Shown: positions 28,816-36,736 of the stretch, piece by piece
Layout: each line of letters starts with the position of its first letter
How positions within the stretch are numbered: position 1 is the stretch's first letter
From: Oxalobacteraceae bacterium
Lineage (GTDB): Bacteria; Pseudomonadota; Gammaproteobacteria; Burkholderiales; Burkholderiaceae_D
DNA length: 37,633 nt
NCBI GenBank assembly: GCA_947446335.1
Contig: CANFGA010000001.1
Span: 1 to 37,633 of the forward strand
Direction of reading: 5' to 3'
Notes under the pieces: generated by a model
The model's database searches: none
Seen by the model: the letters and a program-made list of their open reading frames with translations, nothing else
What the model was told of the DNA's origin: nothing
Translations under genes and position numbers: made by a program

Positions 28816-29680
28816 TCTTTTGCAACGCATTCTGGATAATCCGCGCGATTACCTCGCCATCGGCAGATGGGTCAATGACTTTGTCAGCTATTTGCTGGAG
28901 CACGGCAGCCACACTTTTGATGCGATCGGCGCCACCATCGATGGCTTCGCCAGCGCAATCGAGCAGGGTTTGCAAGGGATGCCGACAGGGCTGCTGATCG
29001 GCATGTTTGTGGCGATCGGCTTCTGGCGACTGGGCTGGAAATTCGCTTCGTTCGCGCTGGTGTCGCTCGGCTTCATTGCCGCCATCGGCTTTTGGCCGCA
29101 GACCGTGGTGACGCTGGCGCTGACCTTGTCAGCCACCTTGATCAGCCTGGCATTGGGCATACCGCTGGGAATCTGGTGCGCAAAATACAATCGCGTCAAT
29201 GCCCTGGTGCGTCCCTTCCTCGATTTCATGCAAACCATGCCAGCCTTTGTCTATCTGATTCCGGCCGCCATGTTGTTTGGCCTGGGGCGCGTTCCCGGCA
29301 TCATCGCAACGGTGATTTTTGCGATGCCACCGGCCGTGCGCTTGACCAATCTCGGCATTCGCCAGGTGAACAAGGAGCAGGTCGAAGCAGGCTGTGCCTT
29401 TGGCTGCAATGCCAGCCAGCTATTGTTCAAGGTGCAATTGCCGATCGCCCTCCCCGCCATCATGACCGGGGTCAACCAGACCATCATGATGGCGTTGTCG
29501 ATGGTCATCATCGCCTCCATGGTCGGTGCCGGCGGTCTGGGCAATGATGTATTGACCAGCATTCAGCGACTCGACGTCGGCCTGGGCTTTGAAAGCGGCT
29601 TGAGCGTTGTGCTCCTGGCCATCATCCTGGACCGCATTACCGAGAGTTTTGGCAAAGGGCATGCGCAGCTGGAAACCTGA
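28808..29680 (+). CDS. choW: Quaternary amine ABC transporter permease (ChoW/ProW-like)
   Basis: LDFMQTMPAFVYLIP, AMPPAVRLTNLGI, GVNQTIMMALSMV, AIILDRIT; ATG 28808 overlaps the ATPase end. Confidence 0.9.
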   Translation: MSDLLQRILDNPRDYLAIGRWVNDFVSYLLEHGSHTFDAIGATIDGFASAIEQGLQGMPTGLLIGMFVAIGFWRLGWKFASFALVSLGFIAAIGFWPQTVVTLALTLSATLISLALGIPLGIWCAKYNRVNALVRPFLDFMQTMPAFVYLIPAAMLFGLGRVPGIIATVIFAMPPAVRLTNLGIRQVNKEQVEAGCAFGCNASQLLFKVQLPIALPAIMTGVNQTIMMALSMVIIASMVGAGGLGNDVLTSIQRLDVGLGFESGLSVVLLAIILDRITESFGKGHAQLET

Positions 29681-29798
29681 TGACAGCCATCCGGCGGGTC
29701 CACTTCTTTTCCTGTCACCATCGATGCAGCGGGATCATCAGTATCGATGGGTATGCATGCCCACCTTGTTCAGACGCAGCGTCTTGCAGGAGTCTACG

Positions 29799-30779
29799 AT
29801 GTCCCGGCAAAAACTTTCAGAGATCAGCCATATCGGTTTTTTGATACTGGATAATTTCTCGATGATCGCCTTTGCCAATGCGCTGGAACCTCTGCGCATG
29901 GCCAATTATCTGAGCAAGAAAGCGCTCTACAGCTGGTCGGTCATCAGCGTCGATGGCAGTTCTGCTGCAGCGAGCAACGGTTTGAGCTTGTCCCCGGTGT
30001 ACCAATTGGAAAACGCCCCGTCCTGTGACATCTTGTTTGTCTGCGGCGGCACGCAGGTGCGCGCAGCAGTCACCGACAAGGTGCTCTCGGTGCTGCGCGC
30101 CCAAGCCGCTCTCGGCACGCCGCTGGGCGCGCTTTGCACAGGCACCTTTGCGCTGGCCAAGGCTGGCCTCCTGAACGGTTACCGCTGCGCGATTCACTGG
30201 GAAAATCTGGCGGCGATCCGGGAAGAGTTCCCCGCAATACTGTTTTCTACCCAACTGTTTGTCATCGATCGCCATATCCTGACCTGCTCGGGCGGTACCG
30301 CGCCGCTGGATCTGATGTTGAACCTGATCCGCCTGAAGGGCGGCAAAAGCCTCGCTGCCGACGTATCCGAGCAGTTCATCGTCGAGCGCATACGCGACCA
30401 GAAAGACCAGCAAACCATGCCCCTGCTGGCGCGCATCGGGTCCAGCCATGAAGCCTTGCACGATGCCGCGATTTTCATGGAAACGAATATCGAAGATCCG
30501 TTCACGCTCGACCATCTGGCCGAGCAGGTAGGCATGTCACTGCGTCAATTGGAGCGCTTGTTCAAGCGCTACATGGGCACCACACCGGCGCAGCATTATC
30601 TGAACCTGCGCTTGCGCCGTGCGCGCGAATTCCTGGTGCAAACCAACATGTCGGTGATGGATGTGACGATCGCCTGCGGCTTCCAATCCTCGTCCCATTT
30701 TTGCAAATCCTACCGCGGCTTGTTCGGCTATCCACCGAGCCGAGAACATCATCAGGATCGGTTGTTGGGCGAGGTTTGA
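29799..30779 (+). CDS. gbdR: Glycine betaine/DMG-responsive AraC (GlxA-family) activator
   Basis: IGFLILDNFSMIAFANALEPLRMAN...LYSW, IHWEN, TCSGGTAPLDLML, SLRQLERLFKRY, ACGFQSSSHF; AGGAG RBS before ATG 29799. Confidence 0.85.
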   Translation: MSRQKLSEISHIGFLILDNFSMIAFANALEPLRMANYLSKKALYSWSVISVDGSSAAASNGLSLSPVYQLENAPSCDILFVCGGTQVRAAVTDKVLSVLRAQAALGTPLGALCTGTFALAKAGLLNGYRCAIHWENLAAIREEFPAILFSTQLFVIDRHILTCSGGTAPLDLMLNLIRLKGGKSLAADVSEQFIVERIRDQKDQQTMPLLARIGSSHEALHDAAIFMETNIEDPFTLDHLAEQVGMSLRQLERLFKRYMGTTPAQHYLNLRLRRAREFLVQTNMSVMDVTIACGFQSSSHFCKSYRGLFGYPPSREHHQDRLLGEV

Positions 30780-30814
30780 AGACAGCAATCGTCAAGTGCC
30801 GGCGATATGAGCCC

Positions 30815-30879
30815 ATGTCGCCATGCGATACAAGTTGGTCGCATCGCGCCTGTTTCCGCTGGTTTTGTGCCTCTATAGT
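30815..30879 (+). promoter_or_regulatory. Putative GbdR-type site and -10 for choX
   Basis: ATGTCGC at 30815, TGGTCGC at 30836 (21-bp period); TATAGT at 30874-30879. Confidence 0.65.
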
Positions 30880-30987
30880 AGTTAAAAAAGCAACTGTTTT
30901 TCATCAAAAAACCTGCAGAAGGCGGGACCAAAAAGCATGCGCCAACTGTGCCCGATCTCGGATTACATTCAATGAGGACTACGTAAA

Positions 30988-31935
30988 ATGAAGCCCCTGA
31001 ACCTGCTTGGCTCTGCCGTCATCATCGCCCTGGCCAGCGCCGCACTCCCCGCTGCTGCCACTGAAGCGGAGAGTTGTCGTACGGTGCGTTTCGGCGACGT
31101 GGGCTGGAGCGATATCGCCGCCACCACGGGGCTCGCTTCGGTGCTATTGAAAGGCTTGTCCTATCGTCCGATCACGACGATGGCGTCGGTGCCGATCACC
31201 TTCTCCGGCATCAAGAACAAACAGATCGATGTCTTCCTCGGCTACTGGAATCCCAGCATGACCAGCATCATCGCGCCCTTCGTCAAGGCTGGACAGATCA
31301 AGGTGCTGGAGCAAGCCAACCTCGTTGGCGCCAAGTACACGCTCGCCGTCAATAGCGCAGCGTCGGAAGGCGGCTTGAAGAGCTTCGCCGATATCGCCCG
31401 TTACCACAAGGAACTCGATGGAAAGATCCATGGGATCGAAGCGGGCAATGACGGCAATCTGCTGATACAGCGCATGATCGACAAGAATGAATTCGGTCTC
31501 AAGGAGTTCAGGATGGTCGAGTCGAGCGAGGCCGGCATGCTGTCCGAAGTGCAGCGCTCGTCGCGCCTGAAAAAATGGATCGTGTTCCTGGGCTGGGAAC
31601 CGCATCCGATGAATGTGCAGGTGAACATGACGTATCTGGAAGGCGGTGACACCGTGTTCGGCCCCAATTACGGCGAAGCCAAAGTCTACACCGCCATGGC
31701 TAGTGACTACCAGGCACGCTGCCCGAACGCGGCGCGCTTGATCGGTAACCTGCAATTCACCACGGACCTGGAAAATGACGTGATGCTGCCGATTGCAAAC
31801 CGGGTCAAACCGAACGACGCGGCCCGCGCCTGGCTCAAGCGCAATCCGGCCGTGCTGCAACAATGGCTCAGCGGCGTGACGACCTTCGATGGCAAGGATG
31901 CCTTGGCCGCAGTCACAAAAAGTCTTGAACATTGA
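30988..31935 (+). CDS. choX: Choline ABC transporter substrate-binding protein (ChoX/CbcX-like)
   Basis: Signal peptide; CRTVRFGDVGWSDI, DVFLGYW.PSM, GIEAGNDGN, ESSEAGML, FLGWEPHPMN, CPN. Confidence 0.9.
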   Translation: MKPLNLLGSAVIIALASAALPAAATEAESCRTVRFGDVGWSDIAATTGLASVLLKGLSYRPITTMASVPITFSGIKNKQIDVFLGYWNPSMTSIIAPFVKAGQIKVLEQANLVGAKYTLAVNSAASEGGLKSFADIARYHKELDGKIHGIEAGNDGNLLIQRMIDKNEFGLKEFRMVESSEAGMLSEVQRSSRLKKWIVFLGWEPHPMNVQVNMTYLEGGDTVFGPNYGEAKVYTAMASDYQARCPNAARLIGNLQFTTDLENDVMLPIANRVKPNDAARAWLKRNPAVLQQWLSGVTTFDGKDALAAVTKSLEH

Positions 31936-31946
31936 CGATCCGGCGT

Positions 31947-31981
31947 ATCGCGGTTGCGTGCAGCACGCATCGAACCGCGAT
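31947..31981 (+). terminator. Stem-loop after choX (possible terminator or stabiliser)
   Basis: ATCGCGGTT...AACCGCGAT outer stem around the TGCGTGC-A-GCACGCA palindrome; no immediate U-tract. Confidence 0.4.
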
Positions 31982-32128
31982 CGCGGACGCTCAAAATGGC
32001 CGATGAATTTCTTTCATGAAACTCTGGCATGAATGTTGCTAAAGAATTATTTTAAACCAAGTAATTGCGGCAGATATCGCAGTCGAAGCCTTCATTCAAT
32101 TCTGAAATTCATGCAAGGGAACTACCTT

Positions 32129-33361
32129 ATGGCAAAAGTGGCAGTCATCGGGGCCGGCTTTGTCGGCCTGTCTGCAGCGTATTGGCTGATGCGCGATGGT
32201 CATCAAGTCACCATTTACGATCCCGCCGGCGCCGCTGGTGGCGCCTCGTATGGGAATGCAGGGACCTTTGCCAGTTACGCCTGCATCCCGGTCAACAACC
32301 CGTCGGTATTTCGCGATCTGCCGCGCTTTTTGCTCTCGGCTGACAGTCCGTTTCGCCTGCGCTGGGGCTATTTGCCGCAATTGGCGCCCTGGCTGGCACG
32401 CTTTCTGTTGCATTCGACCGAGCGGCGCTATCACGCTGCTGCGAGCGCGCTATCGGTGCTGTTGAGCCGTGCCTATGACGGCTACGCTGAAATGATCGAG
32501 CAAGCTGGCTTGGCGCGCTTCATCCGCCGCAGCGAGTGCCTGTATCTGTATTCGGGGGGCGCCGCCTTTCGCGCAGCGCAGCCCGCGTTGACGTTGCGAC
32601 GTACGCTCGGAATCGACTGCAACGTCATCAGCAAGTCGGAAGTGGAACAGCTCGAACCACAGTTGAATGCAATCTTTGAGCACGGCGTCCTGTTTCCCGG
32701 CTCCTGGTTCTTGTCCGATCCGGCAGCTTTTTTGACAGCGCTCCAATCGTGGCTGGTGCAGTCGGGATTGCGGTTGGAAAGCAGCGCCGTGCACAACATC
32801 AAGCCACGAACCGATGGCGTGCTGCTTGAAACTGGTGCAGGTAATGCCGATCACGATCATGTCGCGGTCTGCGCCGGTGCCCATTCGCGCCCTTTCGCCA
32901 GCCAATGCGGCGACCATATTGCGCTCGATACCGAGCGCGGTTATCACCTCATGTACCCCGGTACCACTGAGCTGATCTCGCGCCCGGTCGGTTGGGCCGA
33001 GCGCGGCTTTTACATGACGCCGATGGAACAAGGAATCCGCGTGGCGGGGACGGTGGAGCTGGCCGGCTTGAACCAGCACAAGCATCAAGGCTTGCTGGAT
33101 TTGCTGCAATTTTCGTCGAAACGGGCACTGCCGGCGTTGACGACACCGACCGAATCGTGGCTGGGTTTTAGGCCGACCTTGCCTGACGGCCTGCCGGTGC
33201 TGGGGCGCTCGCGCGCATCGAAGCGCGTGATTTATGCGTTTGGTCACCAGCACATCGGTCTCACGCTCGGCGGTCTGAGCGGTACCGTCGTGGCCGATCT
33301 GGTCGCCGGGCGCGCCTCGCCATTTAGCCTGGCGCCGTATGCGCCCGATCGTTTCAACTGA
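32129..33361 (+). CDS. FAD-dependent oxidoreductase, D-amino-acid dehydrogenase (DadA/DAO) family; substrate unknown
   Basis: VAVIGAGFVG, ASYGNAG, ERGYH, RVAGTVE, WLGFRPTLPDGLPVLG, AFGHQHIGLTLG; start moved to ATG 32129. Confidence 0.9.
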   Translation: MAKVAVIGAGFVGLSAAYWLMRDGHQVTIYDPAGAAGGASYGNAGTFASYACIPVNNPSVFRDLPRFLLSADSPFRLRWGYLPQLAPWLARFLLHSTERRYHAAASALSVLLSRAYDGYAEMIEQAGLARFIRRSECLYLYSGGAAFRAAQPALTLRRTLGIDCNVISKSEVEQLEPQLNAIFEHGVLFPGSWFLSDPAAFLTALQSWLVQSGLRLESSAVHNIKPRTDGVLLETGAGNADHDHVAVCAGAHSRPFASQCGDHIALDTERGYHLMYPGTTELISRPVGWAERGFYMTPMEQGIRVAGTVELAGLNQHKHQGLLDLLQFSSKRALPALTTPTESWLGFRPTLPDGLPVLGRSRASKRVIYAFGHQHIGLTLGGLSGTVVADLVAGRASPFSLAPYAPDRFN

Positions 33362-33461
33362 CAGCCGCCCGCGTAACGCGCTCCAGAAATACGGATCTGA
33401 ACTCGAGCATACAGTTGCTTGAACACGATTTGCCACCGCACTACCCAACCAAGAGGAAGCA

Positions 33462-34604
33462 ATGAAAAAGCAATGTCTTCAGCAAGCCCTGTCCAGCCTG
33501 GTCTTTGGCTCGGCCCTCGTGCCGATGTTGTGTTTTGGCGCAGGAGAACAAGTGGTCAAGATCGGATTCACCAGTCCGCTATCGGGACCGCAGTCGGCGA
33601 TCGGGAAAGACCATGAAAATGGTGCAAAAATGGCGATCGATCAACTCAACTTGCAAGACGTGACGATAGCCGGCTCGAAAATCAAGTTTCAGTTGCTGAG
33701 CGAAGACGATGCGGCGGATCCAAAAATCGGGGTCCAGGTAGCCCAGAAACTGGTCGATGCCGGCGTCAAGGCGGTGATCGGCCCCTACAATTCCGGTGTC
33801 GCGATGCCCTCTTCCAAAGTGTACAACGATGCGGAAGTGGTGCTCGCGATGATCGCCTCCAATCCGAAGTTGACGATGCAAGGCTATCCTTATGTCTTTC
33901 GGGTGACACCGAACGACAATGCCTTGGGCGGCACGATGGGCATCTATGCAGCCAAAGAAATCGCTCTGAAAAGAGTGGCGGTGATCGATGATCGCAGTGC
34001 CTATGGCGTCGGGGTTGCAGACGAATTCATCAAGAAGGCCAAGGCCAACGGGATCGATATCATCGGACGTGAATATACCAACGACAAGGCCACCGATTTC
34101 AACGCCATCATCACGTCGATCAAGAGAAAGACGCCCGATGGCATTTTTTACGGTGGCATGTATGGCCAGGGCGCTGGCATCAAGCGCCAGATGAAGCAAT
34201 TGGGATTGAATGTGTACCTGATGGGCGGCGACGGCATCTGCAATGGCGAGATGGGAAAACTTGGCGGCGATGCGGTCGATGAAAAAGTGCTGTGCACCGT
34301 CGGCGGCATCATTCTTGACCAGAATCCGGGCGGCAGGGACTTTTCTGCGCGCTATGAAAAGCGCTTCAACATGAAGCCCTTGATGTATTCGATCTCGTTC
34401 TACGACGGCGTGATGGTGATTGCGGATGCGATGAAAAAATCCAATTCGCTGGATCCGAAAATCTTTGCACCTGCCATGGCTGGCGTCAGTTACCACGGCA
34501 TTGCAGGAACCTATGAATTCGACAGCAACAGGGATTTGAAGAGCTCTCCGGTCACCGTGTATGGCTTCAAGAACGGCAACCCGTCTCCGATAAAGACGTA
34601 TTGA
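33462..34604 (+). CDS. Orphan LivK/LivJ-like ABC substrate-binding protein
   Basis: Signal peptide; VKIGFTSPLSG, EDDAADPK, GPYNSG, DDRSAYGVG, MGGDGIC; GAGG RBS; no adjacent permease. Confidence 0.92.
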   Translation: MKKQCLQQALSSLVFGSALVPMLCFGAGEQVVKIGFTSPLSGPQSAIGKDHENGAKMAIDQLNLQDVTIAGSKIKFQLLSEDDAADPKIGVQVAQKLVDAGVKAVIGPYNSGVAMPSSKVYNDAEVVLAMIASNPKLTMQGYPYVFRVTPNDNALGGTMGIYAAKEIALKRVAVIDDRSAYGVGVADEFIKKAKANGIDIIGREYTNDKATDFNAIITSIKRKTPDGIFYGGMYGQGAGIKRQMKQLGLNVYLMGGDGICNGEMGKLGGDAVDEKVLCTVGGIILDQNPGGRDFSARYEKRFNMKPLMYSISFYDGVMVIADAMKKSNSLDPKIFAPAMAGVSYHGIAGTYEFDSNRDLKSSPVTVYGFKNGNPSPIKTY

Positions 34605-34658
34605 TGCATCGATGGCAAGCAACTGAAGCAGCATCCTGACGACGATGGTTGAAGCGTC

Positions 34659-34699
34659 AGGATGGCAAGTTGGCAGCAGCGCTGCCAACTTGTCATCCT
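34659..34699. terminator. Long inverted repeat between convergent genes (bidirectional terminator or REP-like)
   Basis: AGGATGGCAAGTTGGCAGC-agc-GCTGCCAACTTGTCATCCT: 19-bp arms with one G-U type mismatch. Confidence 0.6.
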
Positions 34700-34729
34700 A
34701 TAACTTATAACCGCAGTGATTGCAGCACG

Positions 34730-35620
34730 TCATTTTGCATTCACCAGCCACTTTTCAACCATCTCGGGATGACTCTTGATGAAGGCTGTCGCTTCCTTTT
34801 CATAACTGGAATCCTTGGCCTTCATCATGATGCCTTCCAGGTCAGCAATCGGAATCTTGAACTCCTTGATGAAAGCGGCCGCTTTCTGGAAGTCCTGTTC
34901 GAAACCTTTGCGCGAGAGCGCGTGTATCGCCTCGGCGCCGCCCAGAGCTTGCTTCGGATCTTGCAAGTAGCGCAATTTATACTTGGAGAACATCCAGTGC
35001 GGTGTCCACGTCGTGACGACGATCCACTCCTTGCGTTTGATGGCGCGATCGAGCGCGATCACCATCGCCGCATCCGATCCGCTGAGCAACTTGTAGCTAT
35101 TGAGGTCATAGCTCTTGATGGCGTCGCTGGAAGCGCGCATCAAACCGGCGCCCGGGTCGATGCCCTGAACTTGATTCTTCAGTTTGCTTTGCACGTCCGG
35201 CTTCATCATGTCGGCGATGCTGCCCAGTTCGCTTTCCGGCACATAATCGGGCACGGCCCAGCCCAGTTTGGCGTTGTCATACAAGATGCCCATGTCGACG
35301 ACATCGCCGGAAACCTTGTCCCAATACGCCTTGTGTGTGGTCGGCAACCAAGACATCAGCATCAGGTCCAGCTGTCCCCTGGCGACGCCCTGGTACTGCA
35401 AGCCGATATCGGTCATGATCAATTCCACCTTGTAGCCCAGGCGCTGCTCAAGAATCTGTTTGGCGACGTGGGTGACAGCCTCGGCATCGGACCAGGCGGT
35501 CCAGCCGATGCGCAACGGTTTGGGCTCGGCTGCCTTGGCCGTTGTCACGATTCCTAGCGTCAAAGCAAGGGCGAGTATGGCGGCGATGGTGCGGGTTGCC
35601 TGGATAAATTTTGTACGCAT
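34730..35620 (-). CDS. Glycine betaine-type substrate-binding protein (OpuAC/BetX-like), stand-alone
   Basis: Signal peptide ending AKA; IGWTAWSDA, WLPTTH, GIDPGAGLM, WTPHWMF aromatic-cage motifs; AGGA RBS before ATG 35620. Confidence 0.9.
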   Translation of the reverse strand: MRTKFIQATRTIAAILALALTLGIVTTAKAAEPKPLRIGWTAWSDAEAVTHVAKQILEQRLGYKVELIMTDIGLQYQGVARGQLDLMLMSWLPTTHKAYWDKVSGDVVDMGILYDNAKLGWAVPDYVPESELGSIADMMKPDVQSKLKNQVQGIDPGAGLMRASSDAIKSYDLNSYKLLSGSDAAMVIALDRAIKRKEWIVVTTWTPHWMFSKYKLRYLQDPKQALGGAEAIHALSRKGFEQDFQKAAAFIKEFKIPIADLEGIMMKAKDSSYEKEATAFIKSHPEMVEKWLVNAK

Positions 35621-35723
35621 TGTCTTTCCTGGATGGTGACTTTCGCTCGCGTGAGCGGCGAATGGGAATGCGTCTTGAGGCCATGACGCGACGAGAAAAA
35701 GCTTGATTTGCTTCAACGATGAC

Positions 35724-35787
35724 ATGGTGCTCATCTGTAGCAAAAATACCATGCAAGTCTCCAGATCAACTATCCGGATATCGACAT
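35724..35787 (-). promoter_or_regulatory. Weak candidate GbdR-type site upstream of the betaine-binding protein gene
   Basis: Minus-strand ATGTCG at 35787, degenerate ATCTGG at 35766, CACCAT 37 bp further (35729-35724). Confidence 0.35.
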
Positions 35788-36052
35788 GATTGAGCCCAAA
35801 AGCGCCGCCAAGAAATTGAGCTGTTGCAAGCCGATCGAGCGACGTGTTGGCTATCCATTGCTCGCTTCTTGTGAAGCGATCGACCATCCGATTGTGACGC
35901 CGACAGGCAAGGAGCGGCTAAAATGTCAGTTGAATGGCGCTCCTGGTGCGACCCAAAAAAATTTCCTCGAGCAACATGGCGGATCAGACCAAGCGACCGT
36001 TCCATCCGAGCCGATGATCGACTTCATACTTCACAACCTGGATTGATGCTCA

Positions 36053-36631
36053 ATGAGTCATTTGGAAAACCATCCCGTTCTGCTGCTGGTCAGTCGTCAT
36101 GCGAAAGCCGGACATGAGTCCGAGTTCGAGTTGTTGATGACCGAGTTCATCGCTACGGCAGAGGCTTTTCCGGGCTGCCTCGGCACCCAGATAGTGCGTC
36201 CCGGCGAGGAAGTTGGCGTCGAAGACACGCTGTACCATGCATTGATGGCATTTGATGACGACGCCAGTCTGAAGGGCTGGCAAAACTCGCCCGAGCGCAC
36301 TGCGGGATTGGCCACCATCGCGCCCTATATCGAAGGCGTCGCCATGGTACGGGGGATCGCCGGGTTGGCGCACTGGTTTCAGCCGCAACTGAGCGTCAAG
36401 TCAGGACAACCGCCGCGCTGGAAAGTGGCCGTGGTGACCTGGCTGGGGATATTCCCCATTGTGTATTTGCTGTTTCTGCTGCTGGGCGATTTTTTATCGC
36501 CCTGGTCCTTGCTGCCGCGCATTTTTCTGTTGACGATACTGGTGGTGGCCATCATGACCTGGGGTGTGGCGCCGCAATTGACCAAGCTGTTGAAGAGTTG
36601 GCTTTATCCTGCCACGCCACCGAAGCAATGA
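36053..36631 (+). CDS. Antibiotic-biosynthesis-monooxygenase (ABM)-like domain protein with two C-terminal TM helices
   Basis: GHESEFE, FPGCLG, W.NSPER, GLAHWF, PPRWKVAVVTWLGIFP followed by hydrophobic helices. Confidence 0.8.
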   Translation: MSHLENHPVLLLVSRHAKAGHESEFELLMTEFIATAEAFPGCLGTQIVRPGEEVGVEDTLYHALMAFDDDASLKGWQNSPERTAGLATIAPYIEGVAMVRGIAGLAHWFQPQLSVKSGQPPRWKVAVVTWLGIFPIVYLLFLLLGDFLSPWSLLPRIFLLTILVVAIMTWGVAPQLTKLLKSWLYPATPPKQ

Positions 36632-36633
36632 AG

Positions 36634-36658
36634 AGGGCTTGCCCAACTGGCAAGCCCT
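36634..36658. terminator. Stem-loop between the convergent ABM and porin genes
   Basis: AGGGCTTGCC-caact-GGCAAGCCCT perfect 10-bp stem immediately after the ABM stop. Confidence 0.7.
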
Positions 36659-36736
36659 TCATCTTGAATCCACATCGGCATCATCAAAGGTCGATGCGCT
36701 GCCGGCGCGCAGCCTAGTGCCGACAGCCAAGCCCGG

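Noticed and set aside
32450-35557. ORFs 32450-33448 (-), 33579-34688 (-) and 34649-35557 (+)
   Set aside because: Shadows of the DadA-like, LivK-like and betaine SBP genes.
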